64,000 nucleotides of DNA from an uncultured Chloroflexia bacterium (GTDB taxonomy: Bacteria > Chloroflexota > Limnocylindria > Limnocylindrales > CSP1-4). This document shows, in pieces, positions 28,621 through 38,103 of the stretch. The stretch's first letter is position 1; each line of letters opens with the position of its first letter. Under the pieces are notes generated by a model, which searched no databases, was not told the DNA's origin, and saw only the letters and a list, made by a program, of their open reading frames with translations. Both the position numbers and the translations under genes were made by a program. The DNA is taken from assembly GCA_963716375.1 (NCBI GenBank), contig OY970306.1:2421228-2485227 (forward strand), read 5' to 3'.

Positions 28621-29277
28621 TCAGGAGAACATGTACTTGGCGCGATCGATGCTGGCCGCCGTGCGGCCCATGGACTGGTACTGGTAGCCCACCCCGATCA
28701 CGGCCACGACAACCCACAGGATGACCGCCAGCGGGTGATTGAGGACGTTGGACACCGCGCCGCCACGACCCATCTGGTCAACCGTGATCTGGCCGAGCAG
28801 GATGAAGGCGCCCGCCGCGACGTAGACTCCGCCGCCGATGGAGCTGAGCAGGATCACGAGGAGCGCCGGGGCATTGAGGACAAGGACGCCCACGGCGAAG
28901 ACGAGCCCGACGCCGGCTCCGACGACGAACGACAGGAGGCCGCTGTCGATACCGAAGAAGGCCATCAGTCCCGTCCCGAGGGTCCAGCCGACGATCCCGC
29001 CGAGCAGGATGATGGCCCCGTAGTAGAAGAAGAACGAGAGGACAGCGAACACGAGCCCGAGGATGACGCCGCCAGCGAGACTGAGGACCGTGCGGAACAA
29101 GCCGTCGCCGAAGATCTCCAGGATCAGCGAGGCGCCGATGAGCATGCCCGTCGCGAAGCCCATCACCGGCAGCAGGAAGAAGAACGCCTTGAACCCGGCA
29201 AAGGTGAACAGCGCCCCAAGGCCGAGCGCCGCGAGTCCCACGATCAGCGTATCGATCAGCATCGGCGTTCTCCCCAC
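28621..29277 (-). CDS. Polytopic membrane protein (DUF4203-like), function unknown
   Basis: A 218-aa protein with about 6 TM helices, rich in Gly/Ala/Leu. It is probably co-transcribed with 27935-28426. Confidence 0.55.
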   Translation of the reverse strand: MGRTPMLIDTLIVGLAALGLGALFTFAGFKAFFFLLPVMGFATGMLIGASLILEIFGDGLFRTVLSLAGGVILGLVFAVLSFFFYYGAIILLGGIVGWTLGTGLMAFFGIDSGLLSFVVGAGVGLVFAVGVLVLNAPALLVILLSSIGGGVYVAAGAFILLGQITVDQMGRGGAVSNVLNHPLAVILWVVVAVIGVGYQYQSMGRTAASIDRAKYMFS

Positions 29278-29450
29278 ATCTGCAGGGCCGGCGGCCCTCC
29301 GCTCCCATGATCGTGTCCGGCGGCCGCGACCGCCGCGTCACCCGGCACGGATGATGCCCGCCGCGTCGCCGTCGTCAAGCATGATGCACGTGCCCGGTTG
29401 AGGGCGATGTCGCGCGCGCCGGTTCCGGACCGTTCCACCCAGCGCGCGCC

Positions 29451-30809
29451 ATGGGAGGAACGATCATGAGGGCACGACTGGGAGGCCTGCGAAGGGCCGC
29501 CGTCCCCGTCGCGGCGGCGGGCGGCGCTGCCGCCCTCGGACTGCGCCTGCGATCCCATCGGAAGGTCGCCTGGCCGACGCCGCCGGGCGGCATCGAAGCC
29601 GACCAGAGCCGCGAGAAGACGGCGGCGATGCTGGCCCAGCCGCGAATCGGCCGGAGCGACCTCGCCATGGGCTTCGCGCCCGCGCTGGCGACGTCGGTCG
29701 AGCCGCTCCTGCACGGTCCCCGCTACTTCCCGCGGATCCTCGAGGACATTGCCGGAGCGAAGGATCACATCCACATCCTGATCTACGGCTACAAGGAAGG
29801 CGACATCGGCCGGACCTTCCTCGAGGCACTGTCGGGCAAGATCCGCGAGGGGGTTGAGGTCCGGATGTCGGTCGATGCCATCGGCAGCGAGATCGACGGC
29901 GGTAGTCGCAAGCTGTATGCCGACCTTCGCGCGGCTGGAGTCCAGATCGTTGCGAATGAAGGACTGGCGACCATTCGCACCGGCCCGCTCGGCAGCCGCA
30001 AGCCCACCCGGCATTGGGACGACTTCCTGCATTTCGACCATCGCAAGATGGTCATCGTCGATGGCCGGGTCGCCTACGTCGGGGGGACCGGGATCGAGGA
30101 TTCGTACACGACCGAGCGGTTCTACGATGTGATGTGCCGCCTGACCGGACCGATCGTCGCCCAGCTCTCGCTGATGTTCCTCGTGACGTGGCGCCATCAC
30201 AACGGCCCGGTCCCCGAGGGCGATCTGCTGCGTTACTTCCCGGCCGACGTGACCGAAGAGGTGCCGGATCTCGCCACGGCGATCCTGGGCACAGTCCTCT
30301 GGAACGTGCCGGGCACCGGTCACCACCCGATCAGCGACGTGATCGAGCAGTCCCTCGAATCGGCCCAGTCCCGGATCGACATCGTCAATCCCTACATCTC
30401 GAACCGGGCCATCCTGGCCGGCCTCGTCGCGGCCGCCCAGCGCGGCGTCGCAGTCCGGCTCGTGGCCCCCGGCGAGCCAACGCCGCCCTACCCGGCCGCG
30501 GCGTTCCGCCACGCCTACCCGGCGCTGCTCGACGCCGGCGCGGAGATCCTCCTCCATCCCCAGATGGCCCACGCCAAGGTGCTCCGGATCGACGATCGCG
30601 TGCTGATCGGCGGCTGCAACCTCGACGACCTGAGCCTGTTCCGCAACAACGAGCTTGACATCCTCTTCGAGGACCCCTCGATGCCGGGCATCGTCGAGCG
30701 CTCGGTGTTCGACGAGCTGATCGGCATGTCCGTGCCCGCCCAGGCTTCGACCGGCTGGCGCACCACCACGTGGGAGGCGCTGATGTCACGCGGATCGAGG
30801 TTCCTGTGA
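29451..30809 (+). CDS. Phospholipase D-family protein with two HKD motifs (cardiolipin synthase/ClsB-like)
   Basis: HKD-1 is HFDHRKMVIVDGRVAYVGGTGIED. HKD-2 is HAKVLRIDDRVLIGGCNLDD. Its overall length (about 450 aa) and flanking motifs match bacterial Cls/PLD enzymes. Confidence 0.8.
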   Translation: MGGTIMRARLGGLRRAAVPVAAAGGAAALGLRLRSHRKVAWPTPPGGIEADQSREKTAAMLAQPRIGRSDLAMGFAPALATSVEPLLHGPRYFPRILEDIAGAKDHIHILIYGYKEGDIGRTFLEALSGKIREGVEVRMSVDAIGSEIDGGSRKLYADLRAAGVQIVANEGLATIRTGPLGSRKPTRHWDDFLHFDHRKMVIVDGRVAYVGGTGIEDSYTTERFYDVMCRLTGPIVAQLSLMFLVTWRHHNGPVPEGDLLRYFPADVTEEVPDLATAILGTVLWNVPGTGHHPISDVIEQSLESAQSRIDIVNPYISNRAILAGLVAAAQRGVAVRLVAPGEPTPPYPAAAFRHAYPALLDAGAEILLHPQMAHAKVLRIDDRVLIGGCNLDDLSLFRNNELDILFEDPSMPGIVERSVFDELIGMSVPAQASTGWRTTTWEALMSRGSRFL

Positions 30810-30828
30810 GCCCGAAGGGTGGCAACCG

Positions 30829-33027
30829 ATGACCACGATCCGGCGCCTCTTCGGCTTCTACGCGCTCCAGTTCCGGATCATCTGGGAGTGGCGGCCGGGC
30901 CCCCGGGCGCTGATCAAGCGCGCCATCCTCTCGTTCCTCATCGCGTTCGTCGCGCTGGCACTCACCGCCGCGATCCTGCCCGGTATCTCCATCGCCGACT
31001 GGCGGACGGTCGCGGCCGCCGTGATCGTGCTGTCGCTCTTCCAGATCCTCGTGCGGCCGGTGGTCCTGGGGTTGCTGGCCGGGGTGTCGGTCATCCTCGT
31101 CGTGATCGCGACGCTGATCTTCCAGGTCCTCGGGTTCTACGTGGTGGCCTGGGCCCTGCCGAACTTCCATCTCAACGGCTTCGTCACGGCGTTCATCGCG
31201 TCGTTCGTGTACGCCTTCTTCGACACGGTCCTCATCTCGATCCTCGCAATTGACCAGGATGATTCGTACTGGGCGACGCTGCTCCAGCAGATCACGGCCC
31301 AGCAGGCCGACGTCATCCACAGCGACGATCCGGGCGTCGTCATCATCCAGATCGACGGCCTGGCGATGCCGATCCTCGCCCACCAGATCCGGGCCGGCCG
31401 CGTGCCATTCATCTCGCGCTGGGTCCGCAGCCGGGAGATGGTCATGGATCCCTGGACGGCGCTCCTGCCATCCCAGACCTCGGCCTCGCAGGCGGGCATC
31501 CTCCACGGCAACAACTCGTTCATCCCGGCGTTCCGCTGGTGGGAGAAGCCCCGCGGCCGGATGCTCGTCTCGAACCACCCGGCCGACGCCATCGAGATCG
31601 TCCGGCGGGCCTCGGATGGCGAGGGCCTGCTATCGAACAACGGAGCGAGCATCGGCAACCTCGTCTCGGGCGATGCCGTCCGCAGCTACATCACGATGGC
31701 CACCATCAAGGACAAGAGCCAGGGTCTCGGCAAGAGCCAGACCTTCCTCTCGTTCTTTGCCAGCCCCACCAACTACCTCCACACGATCATCCTCACGGTC
31801 GGCGAGATGGGCAAGGAGTACGTCCAGGCGCGACGCGCCCGGCGGGCCGGCATCGAACCGAGCATGCACCGTGGCTGGCCATACCCGGTCGCACGCGCGG
31901 CCACGAACGTGACCCTGCGCGCGCTCTCGACGTCGCTCGTAATGGAAGAGATGTTCCACGGCACGCCCGTGATCTACGTCGACTACACCGACTACGACGA
32001 GATCGCCCATCACAGCGGCCCGGAGCGCAGCGAGACGCTCGATGCGCTCGACGGAGTCGACAAGACGATCGCGACGCTCGTCAAGGCCGCCCGCAGCACG
32101 CCCCGGCCGTTCGAGTTCATCGTGCTCTCGGACCACGGCCAGAGCCTTGGCTCGACGTTCCTGCAGCGGTACGGCAAGACCCTCCAGGCTGTCATCTCCG
32201 ACCTGATGGGCGGCGCCAAGGTCCAGGCCGAGGTCACGGCCGGCGACACGTGGGGGCCGTTGAATGCGGTCGTCTCGGAGGCGTCGCAGACGAGCGGCGC
32301 GACCGGCGCCCTGACGCGGCTTGCGTTCGCCTCGCGGACGACGGACGGCGCCATCGACCTCTCGCCGGAGATGACCGTCAGCGCGGAGACCGGCCTCGAG
32401 TTGCCCGAGCTGGTGGTCTGCGCCTCCGGCAACCTGGCCCTGATCTACTTCAGCCGAGTCTCGGGGCGGGTGACCCTCGAGGAAATGGAGAAGCGCTGGC
32501 CGCACCTGGTCGAGGAGCTGGCCCAGCACCCGGGCATCGGCCTCCTGATGGTCCGATCCGCCGAGAAGGGCACGCTCCTGATCGGTCCGGAAGGCGTCCG
32601 CGGGATCGACGAGGAGGTCGCCCCGGAGGTCGATCCGGTCGCGAAGTACGGCGAGCACGCCATCGACGGCCTGCGGCGGGTGGACGGCATGGAGTTCTGC
32701 GGTGACCTCGTCGCGATCAGCCTGCTCGATCCGAGCACCGATGAGGTGGCGGCGTTCGAAGAGCTCATCGGCTCCCATGGCGGACTCGGTGGCCCGCAGA
32801 CGCACCCGTTCGTCCTCCACCCAGCCGAATGGGAGGTCGACGAGCCGATCATCGGCGCGGAGGCGGTCTACCGCCAGATCCGGACGTGGCTGTCCGACAT
32901 CGGCATCGAGCTCGGGCCGGACGGCAAGGGCGCCTCGGCTGCGCCGAAAGCCGCCGCGGGCGCCACGGAAACCGCGGCGGCAGCTCCGGCGGCTGCAGCT
33001 CCGTCCGCGGAGGCGCCGAAGGCCTGA
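30829..33027 (+). CDS. Membrane-anchored type-I phosphodiesterase/nucleotide pyrophosphatase (alkaline-phosphatase superfamily) fused to N-terminal four-TM holin-like (PF04020-type) domain
   Basis: The N-terminal 140 aa form four TM helices resembling the YvlD/phage_holin_4_2 family (ILPGISIADW...ILVRPVVLGL...). The NPP core has ...VIYVDYTDYDEIAHHSGPERSETLDALDGVDKTIATL...FIVLSDHGQS. The C-terminus is Ala-rich. Confidence 0.7.
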   Translation: MTTIRRLFGFYALQFRIIWEWRPGPRALIKRAILSFLIAFVALALTAAILPGISIADWRTVAAAVIVLSLFQILVRPVVLGLLAGVSVILVVIATLIFQVLGFYVVAWALPNFHLNGFVTAFIASFVYAFFDTVLISILAIDQDDSYWATLLQQITAQQADVIHSDDPGVVIIQIDGLAMPILAHQIRAGRVPFISRWVRSREMVMDPWTALLPSQTSASQAGILHGNNSFIPAFRWWEKPRGRMLVSNHPADAIEIVRRASDGEGLLSNNGASIGNLVSGDAVRSYITMATIKDKSQGLGKSQTFLSFFASPTNYLHTIILTVGEMGKEYVQARRARRAGIEPSMHRGWPYPVARAATNVTLRALSTSLVMEEMFHGTPVIYVDYTDYDEIAHHSGPERSETLDALDGVDKTIATLVKAARSTPRPFEFIVLSDHGQSLGSTFLQRYGKTLQAVISDLMGGAKVQAEVTAGDTWGPLNAVVSEASQTSGATGALTRLAFASRTTDGAIDLSPEMTVSAETGLELPELVVCASGNLALIYFSRVSGRVTLEEMEKRWPHLVEELAQHPGIGLLMVRSAEKGTLLIGPEGVRGIDEEVAPEVDPVAKYGEHAIDGLRRVDGMEFCGDLVAISLLDPSTDEVAAFEELIGSHGGLGGPQTHPFVLHPAEWEVDEPIIGAEAVYRQIRTWLSDIGIELGPDGKGASAAPKAAAGATETAAAAPAAAAPSAEAPKA

Positions 33028-33192
33028 GCGGACCCGGCCTGACCAGTGGGCGCCGGGGCCGGTCGTGTCACCGCGGCCGCCGGCAGCCACCCCGCCCGGC
33101 GGTCCATCGGGACCACGGCGTCCGGCTGGCTATACTGGCGGCCCAATGACTGAGACGCCGGCCGTCCTCGTTCCTGCGCCTGAGCGCGCTTC

Positions 33193-33774
33193 GTGAACGC
33201 CGAGTTCAACTGGTGGCTGCTCGTCGTCGGCGTCGTCGCCGGCGCGGGCCTGGCCTGGCTCGTGCTCGGCGACTGGAACCGCAGCGAGGCCGATCTCGAC
33301 GCCCGCGAGCGCGAAGTCGAGGCGGTCTGGATCGCCGATGCGCTGCGGGAGCACAACGCGACCACGGATCCGCTGCTCGTCGAGGGCATCCTCAAGCTGC
33401 ATCGCGACTACCTCACCCTCGCCTCACCGGCCGACGACTGGATGATCGAGGCCGACGGCATGGCGGATCTCGACGACGACTGGGATGCCAGCGACCAGGC
33501 CGTGGTGGACGCCGCGGACAGCTCGTGGGTCGCGGGCGGCCATCGATCCATTCGTGACGGAGGCGCCTCGATTCGAGCCACGGACAGCGAGGCCGTCAGC
33601 TCTGCGCCGCGGACGGTGGCCGTGGCAGCCACGCCGCGAGACGCGGACCTGCCGGCCGCGATAGCCGACAACGGCGCGGGCCACGACGACCCGGACGATC
33701 CGCAACTCGAACTGGACCTGGATCCGCCGGCCAACCCGGCCGGTTCCGCGGCGGCGTACGACCCGGAATCGTAA
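33193..33774 (+). CDS. Hypothetical membrane-anchored acidic protein
   Basis: A GTG start, an N-terminal TM WWLLVVGVVAGAGLAWLVL, then an Asp/Glu-rich region. No recognisable domain. Confidence 0.4.
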   Translation: MNAEFNWWLLVVGVVAGAGLAWLVLGDWNRSEADLDAREREVEAVWIADALREHNATTDPLLVEGILKLHRDYLTLASPADDWMIEADGMADLDDDWDASDQAVVDAADSSWVAGGHRSIRDGGASIRATDSEAVSSAPRTVAVAATPRDADLPAAIADNGAGHDDPDDPQLELDLDPPANPAGSAAAYDPES

Positions 33775-33784
33775 GCGGCCCGGC

Positions 33785-34744
33785 TCAGGTCTCCTGGCCG
33801 GCAGGCCGGAGGCTCGCCCGATCCACGGAGCCCGCGTGCTCATCCGGCCCAGCGGGCCGATCCGGCCGATGCGCCCGGGCGGCCATCGTCAACTCGTCCA
33901 CGGCCGTCCTCGACGACGCCTGGGCCGCCGTCGCCCCGGCCGCCGCGTCTGAACCCGAGCCCGCGGCCGGCCGGCGGCCGATATGGAGCGCCACGGCTCC
34001 GAGCGCCAGCCGGCGGTACGAGACCTCGACGAGGCCGGCATGCCGCATCGTGGCGGCCAGCTGCCCCGGCGGCGGAAACCCCTTGAGCGAATCCGGCAGA
34101 TAGCGATAGGCCGTCCGGCGCCCGGTCAGGCCGCCGAGGAACGGCGCGGTCCGCCGGAACAGGCCGAGGTAGACCTTCGCCCAGGCCCGTGGGCGGGGCA
34201 TCGACAGCTCGAGGCAGACGACCCAGCCGCCCGGCCGTACCAGGCGCCGCATCTCGCGGAACCCGGCCTCGAAGTCCGGCAGGTTGCGGAGCCCGAAGGC
34301 GATCGTGGCGGCGTCGAACTGGGCGTCCGGGACGGGCACTGCCAGCGCATTGGCCACGATGAAGTCGAGCTGGACGAGGTCGGGGTTCGCGGCTCGAGCC
34401 GCCTCGATCATGCCCGGTGAGAGGTCGACGCCGAGAACCCGGCCGAAGGGCCCGACGCGCAGCGCGAGCTCCTCCGACAGCTTGCCCGTGCCGCAGGCGA
34501 GGTCCACGACGGCGCCACCCGGCTGCAGCCGGGTGGCCGCCACCGCCGCGTGGCGCCAGCCCCGGTCCGAACCGAGCGTCATCACGGTATTCATCCGGTC
34601 GTAGACCGGGGCGATCTCGTCGAACATCGCGGCGACCTGGTCGGCGGGCACAGGATTGCCGGGTCGGGGCTCCTCGGGAGCCCGAGTCGGCCTGATTCGT
34701 CGGCGCAGCCAGCGCATTCGCGGCGGGAATCGCATCATGGTCAT
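33785..34744 (-). CDS. ubiE: Demethylmenaquinone/ubiquinone C-methyltransferase (UbiE/MenG family), with N- and C-terminal extensions
   Basis: ...AAMFDEIAPVYDRMN... plus SAM motif VVDLACGTGKLS, and GWVVCLELS, typical of UbiE/MenG. Confidence 0.75.
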   Translation of the reverse strand: MTMMRFPPRMRWLRRRIRPTRAPEEPRPGNPVPADQVAAMFDEIAPVYDRMNTVMTLGSDRGWRHAAVAATRLQPGGAVVDLACGTGKLSEELALRVGPFGRVLGVDLSPGMIEAARAANPDLVQLDFIVANALAVPVPDAQFDAATIAFGLRNLPDFEAGFREMRRLVRPGGWVVCLELSMPRPRAWAKVYLGLFRRTAPFLGGLTGRRTAYRYLPDSLKGFPPPGQLAATMRHAGLVEVSYRRLALGAVALHIGRRPAAGSGSDAAAGATAAQASSRTAVDELTMAARAHRPDRPAGPDEHAGSVDRASLRPAGQET

Positions 34745-34777
34745 CTTCGCCTACCCGGGGAACAAGGATCGGAGCCC

Positions 34778-35014
34778 ATGACACAGCCAGCCAATCGCTC
34801 AGCCGAGGCCTGCCCCGTCTGCGGCGCCCACGAATTGAGCCTGATCGAGTTTCCCGACATCTCCGGGACCGGCTACCAGGTCATGAACGAATCGATCGGC
34901 ATGGGCGAGCCCGAGCCATCGAGCCAGCCGGGCATCGGCTGCCTGGCGTGCGGCGCCGAGTGGAACGACCTGGCCGCGTTCCGTCGGGGCGCCGACGCGC
35001 GAAATCCCGAGTAG
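34778..35014 (+). CDS. Small zinc-ribbon protein (CxxC...CxxC), hypothetical
   Basis: An internal ATG preceded by AAGGAT. The protein begins MTQPANRSAEACPVCGAHEL and ends ...GCLACGAEWND. The upstream part of the track ORF overlaps ubiE antisense. Confidence 0.4.
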   Translation: MTQPANRSAEACPVCGAHELSLIEFPDISGTGYQVMNESIGMGEPEPSSQPGIGCLACGAEWNDLAAFRRGADARNPE

Positions 35015-35057
35015 CGCTCCGGGCCGCCATCGCGCAGGTACGCCGCTCAGAGTGCGA

Positions 35058-35996
35058 CTACAGCGTGCCGGCCAGGACCGGATCGGGCGTCGCGAGGGTG
35101 CCGCCGGCATCGCTGAGGCTGACGCCGAAGGTGGAACCCGTGGGGACGTGGGCCAGCAGCGCGACATCGCCGACCCAGTAGGCGATCCCCGTCGGGCTGT
35201 AGAACATCGGCCCGAGCCGCTTGCGCTGGCCATTGATCGCTACCCAGCAGCTGTAGGTCTGGCCGAGCGTCGGTTGGGCGAGCCCGTCCGCCACGGCGAC
35301 CATCTCACCGCTGCTGGGGGAGAACTCGAGCACGCCGCGGGCGGCCGCATCCGTTGCCGACGTCAGGACGACACGCGTCGAATCCGGCTGGGCGGCGATC
35401 CGGATGCTCCACTGGGCGACCTGGGCGAGAGCGGCCGAATCGGCCGTCCGGGGCAGGTCGTCGGCGTCCCGACGGCTGACGACGATCCCGGCCGTCAGGG
35501 TCACCGCGATCAGCACGATCGCGGCCGTGGCCACGATCCAGGTGAGCGCGGGCGAACCCGGCCGCAGCGCCCCTCCGATCCGCTGGCCGAACGAGCGCCG
35601 GATGAGCGTCGGGGTCGCAGCGACCTGGGGATCGGCTGGGGCCCCGGAGCCGGCCGGCTCGGACGGGGCCATCGGCGTCACCGCCACGGCGGCGGTAGCC
35701 AGCGCCGGAGCCGCGTCGGCCGCCGCTGCCCCGGTCCCGCGAGGGCGTCCGACGGCACGGACGAACGCGAGCGTCCGATCCTTGAGCTCGGGCGGCGCCT
35801 GCATCCCGATCGTGTCGCGCAGGACCGCGGCGGACTGGCTCAGCCGGACGAATTCGGTGGTGCACTCGCTGCAGCCGGCCAGGTGCCCGGCCACGAGGCC
35901 GGCGTCCGGCGTATCGCCGGCGATCATCCGATCGAGGCCAGCCGGTTCGATGGCCGCAAGCTCGAGCGCTTCGCGAACCTCCGCGTGGCTGATCAT
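35058..35996 (-). CDS. Anti-sigma factor, ZAS-type (RskA/anti-sigma-K-like): N-terminal zinc-binding domain, TM helix, extracytoplasmic domain
   Basis: HLAGCSECTTE (HxxxCxxC), TM helix LTWIVATAAIVLIAVTLTAGIVV, and a C-terminal anti-sigma-K domain. Its start overlaps the sigma-factor stop (ATGA). Confidence 0.75.
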   Translation of the reverse strand: MISHAEVREALELAAIEPAGLDRMIAGDTPDAGLVAGHLAGCSECTTEFVRLSQSAAVLRDTIGMQAPPELKDRTLAFVRAVGRPRGTGAAAADAAPALATAAVAVTPMAPSEPAGSGAPADPQVAATPTLIRRSFGQRIGGALRPGSPALTWIVATAAIVLIAVTLTAGIVVSRRDADDLPRTADSAALAQVAQWSIRIAAQPDSTRVVLTSATDAAARGVLEFSPSSGEMVAVADGLAQPTLGQTYSCWVAINGQRKRLGPMFYSPTGIAYWVGDVALLAHVPTGSTFGVSLSDAGGTLATPDPVLAGTL

Positions 35997-36688
35997 CGGT
36001 TCGTCTCGTCGGTTCGGTCGGTGGCGGGCACGGCGACGAGTCGCAGCGACGGCGGTTCCGGCCCGAAGGTTGGGCCAAGTGCCTCGCGCAGGTGCAGCAG
36101 GGCACGCCGGGTGCGGGTCTTGACCGTGCCCAGCGGCCAGCCGAGCCGCTCAGCGATCTCCGATTGCGTCAGCTGGTCGCGGTAGGCCATCAGGATCACG
36201 GTGCGCTCGGTTTCCGGCATCTCGTCGAGGGCCGAACGGATCGCCTCGCGGGTCTCCAGCGACTCGAGCTCGCCTTCCGGGCCGCGCCCGAGATCGGCGC
36301 CCCCGACGACCGTTCCGGCCACGCTGACCCGTTCGAGGGTCGCGCCATCGGCCTCATCTTCGTGGCTGATCGATGAGATCGGCACCAGGCGCGGGCGCCG
36401 GCCCATCGCGCGGAGCCGGTCCACGGTCCGATTCCGGGCAATCGTGTGCAGCCACGCGGCAAGGGAGCCGGCGGCCGGATCGAAGAGCTCTGCTCGATTC
36501 CACAACGCGAGAAACGTCTCCTGCACCACCTCTTCGGCCACCTGGCGGTCATCCGTCAGGCGGCATGCGGCGGCGTACACGGCATCGCCGTGGCGGTCAT
36601 ACAACTCGGCGAGGGCCGACTCGGAGCCCTGGGCCACCTCGCGAACGAGGGCAACCTCAACCGCCGCCTGGTTTCCGGCACCCGTCAT
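35993..36688 (-). CDS. ECF (extracytoplasmic function) RNA polymerase sigma-70 factor
   Basis: Region 2 is ...LYDRHGDAVYAAACRLTDDRQVAEEVVQETFLALW. Region 4 HTH is ...LTQSEIAERLGWPLGTVKTRTRRAL... Confidence 0.85.
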   Translation of the reverse strand: MTGAGNQAAVEVALVREVAQGSESALAELYDRHGDAVYAAACRLTDDRQVAEEVVQETFLALWNRAELFDPAAGSLAAWLHTIARNRTVDRLRAMGRRPRLVPISSISHEDEADGATLERVSVAGTVVGGADLGRGPEGELESLETREAIRSALDEMPETERTVILMAYRDQLTQSEIAERLGWPLGTVKTRTRRALLHLREALGPTFGPEPPSLRLVAVPATDRTDETNR

Positions 36689-36763
36689 CCGATACGCCGC
36701 CCGCGCCCGATCGGTTCTCGGGCCTGCGCCCGACCCTGGCTGGTCATCGTCGATCCCGGCACC

Positions 36764-37987
36764 CTAGGTCGTCGACACGCCGATGAGGCGCCCGACGAAG
36801 AATGTCACGGTCGCGGCCGCACCGCCGATGGCGACCTGCCGGGCGCCCGAGAACAGCAGGCTTCGGCCGGTGAGAAGGCTCACGGCGGCGCCCACGGCGA
36901 ACAGCGCAACGAGGCTCAGGGCGAGGCTGATGAAGAAGATCGTGGTGCTGCCACCGAACAGGTACGGGACGACGGGCACCGCGGCCCCGGCCGCAAACGC
37001 GACGAACGACCCGAGCGCCGCCTTGATGGGTGAGCCGAGCTCGTTGGGATCGAGGCCGAGCTCCTCTCGAACGAGCGTATCGAGGGCGGTCTTCGGGTCC
37101 GCGAAGATCCGATGGGCGATCCGGGCGGACTCCTCCTCGGTGAAGCCCTTGGAACGGTAGATCCCGCTCAGCTCGGCCTCCTCCTCGGCGGGCATCGCCT
37201 CGAGCTCGGCGCGTTCGAGGCTGATCTGGCGCTCGTACAGCTCGCGCTGCGACTGCATCGAGATGTACTCGCCGGCGGCCATGCTGAACGACCCGGCAAG
37301 GAGGCCGGCGATCCCTGCCAGCAGGATGAACTTCGCGTCACCCGAGGCCCCGGCCACGCCCATCACCAGGGACAGGTTGCTGGTCAGGCCGTCACTCACC
37401 CCGAAGATGACGGCCCGCAGGGTTCCGGACTGGCCGGTCCGATGCCACGACTCGCGGCGGGCGATCTCGGCCGGGGTCGTCCGACCTCGGGGCACGATGG
37501 CCGTGCCGGCCTCGGCGGTTCCGGGGGCAGTGGCAGTTCCGGCGGCCGTGGCGGTGCCGGCGGCCGAGCCGTTCCCCGATGCGGCGTCCTCGCTGGCGGC
37601 GAGTCGCTTCCAGATCTCGGCGTGCTCGCGCTCGTCGGCGGCGATCGCGGCCACTTCCGGCGAGACCTGCCCCGAGTAGATGTCCTCCTCGTCGCCCTCG
37701 AGAGCCTGGACCATGTCGGCCACGGCCCGCGTCCCGAAGGCCCGCGCGAGGGCGACGATGAAGCGGATCCGCATCCGCGGCCGCCCGGCCGGCGGGACGA
37801 TCGCGCCCTGGGATTCGAGCTGGCGGGCCCAGATGTCGGCGTGCCGGCGCTCGTTGCCCGCGATCATCCGGAACGCCTCGGCGCGGCGCGGATCCTTCTC
37901 GATCGTCGACAGGGAGTCATACAGCACGATCGCGTCGCGCTCGAGCTTCAGGTTCGCCAGGCTCTGCTGGACGTCGGCAATGGGCAT
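36764..37987 (-). CDS. Erythrin-VIT1 fusion: N-terminal ferritin-like/rubrerythrin diiron domain + C-terminal VIT1/CCC1 iron-transporter domain (MbfA-like)
   Basis: Two ExxH diiron motifs (ERRHADIW, EREHAEIW), then VIT1 family motifs (GVSDGLTSNLSLVMG, AAGEYISMQSQ) and 5 TM helices. Confidence 0.8.
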   Translation of the reverse strand: MPIADVQQSLANLKLERDAIVLYDSLSTIEKDPRRAEAFRMIAGNERRHADIWARQLESQGAIVPPAGRPRMRIRFIVALARAFGTRAVADMVQALEGDEEDIYSGQVSPEVAAIAADEREHAEIWKRLAASEDAASGNGSAAGTATAAGTATAPGTAEAGTAIVPRGRTTPAEIARRESWHRTGQSGTLRAVIFGVSDGLTSNLSLVMGVAGASGDAKFILLAGIAGLLAGSFSMAAGEYISMQSQRELYERQISLERAELEAMPAEEEAELSGIYRSKGFTEEESARIAHRIFADPKTALDTLVREELGLDPNELGSPIKAALGSFVAFAAGAAVPVVPYLFGGSTTIFFISLALSLVALFAVGAAVSLLTGRSLLFSGARQVAIGGAAATVTFFVGRLIGVSTT

Positions 37988-38103
37988 CGCAGGCCTGATG
38001 CTACAGGCACCGCTGCCGATTCGACCGCCAGCCGTCCATCGTGCCTGCGGAGACCCCGCGCACGAAACCCGATGGCAGTGGCCGCGTCTCGTAGACTGCG
38101 CGA

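Noticed and set aside
30829-33027. BREX PglZ-like alkaline-phosphatase protein / phage-defence island
   Set aside because: The catalytic core matches the NPP/type-I phosphodiesterase arrangement rather than PglZ. No PglX, BrxC or other defence genes are nearby. The membrane lipid-enzyme context fits better.
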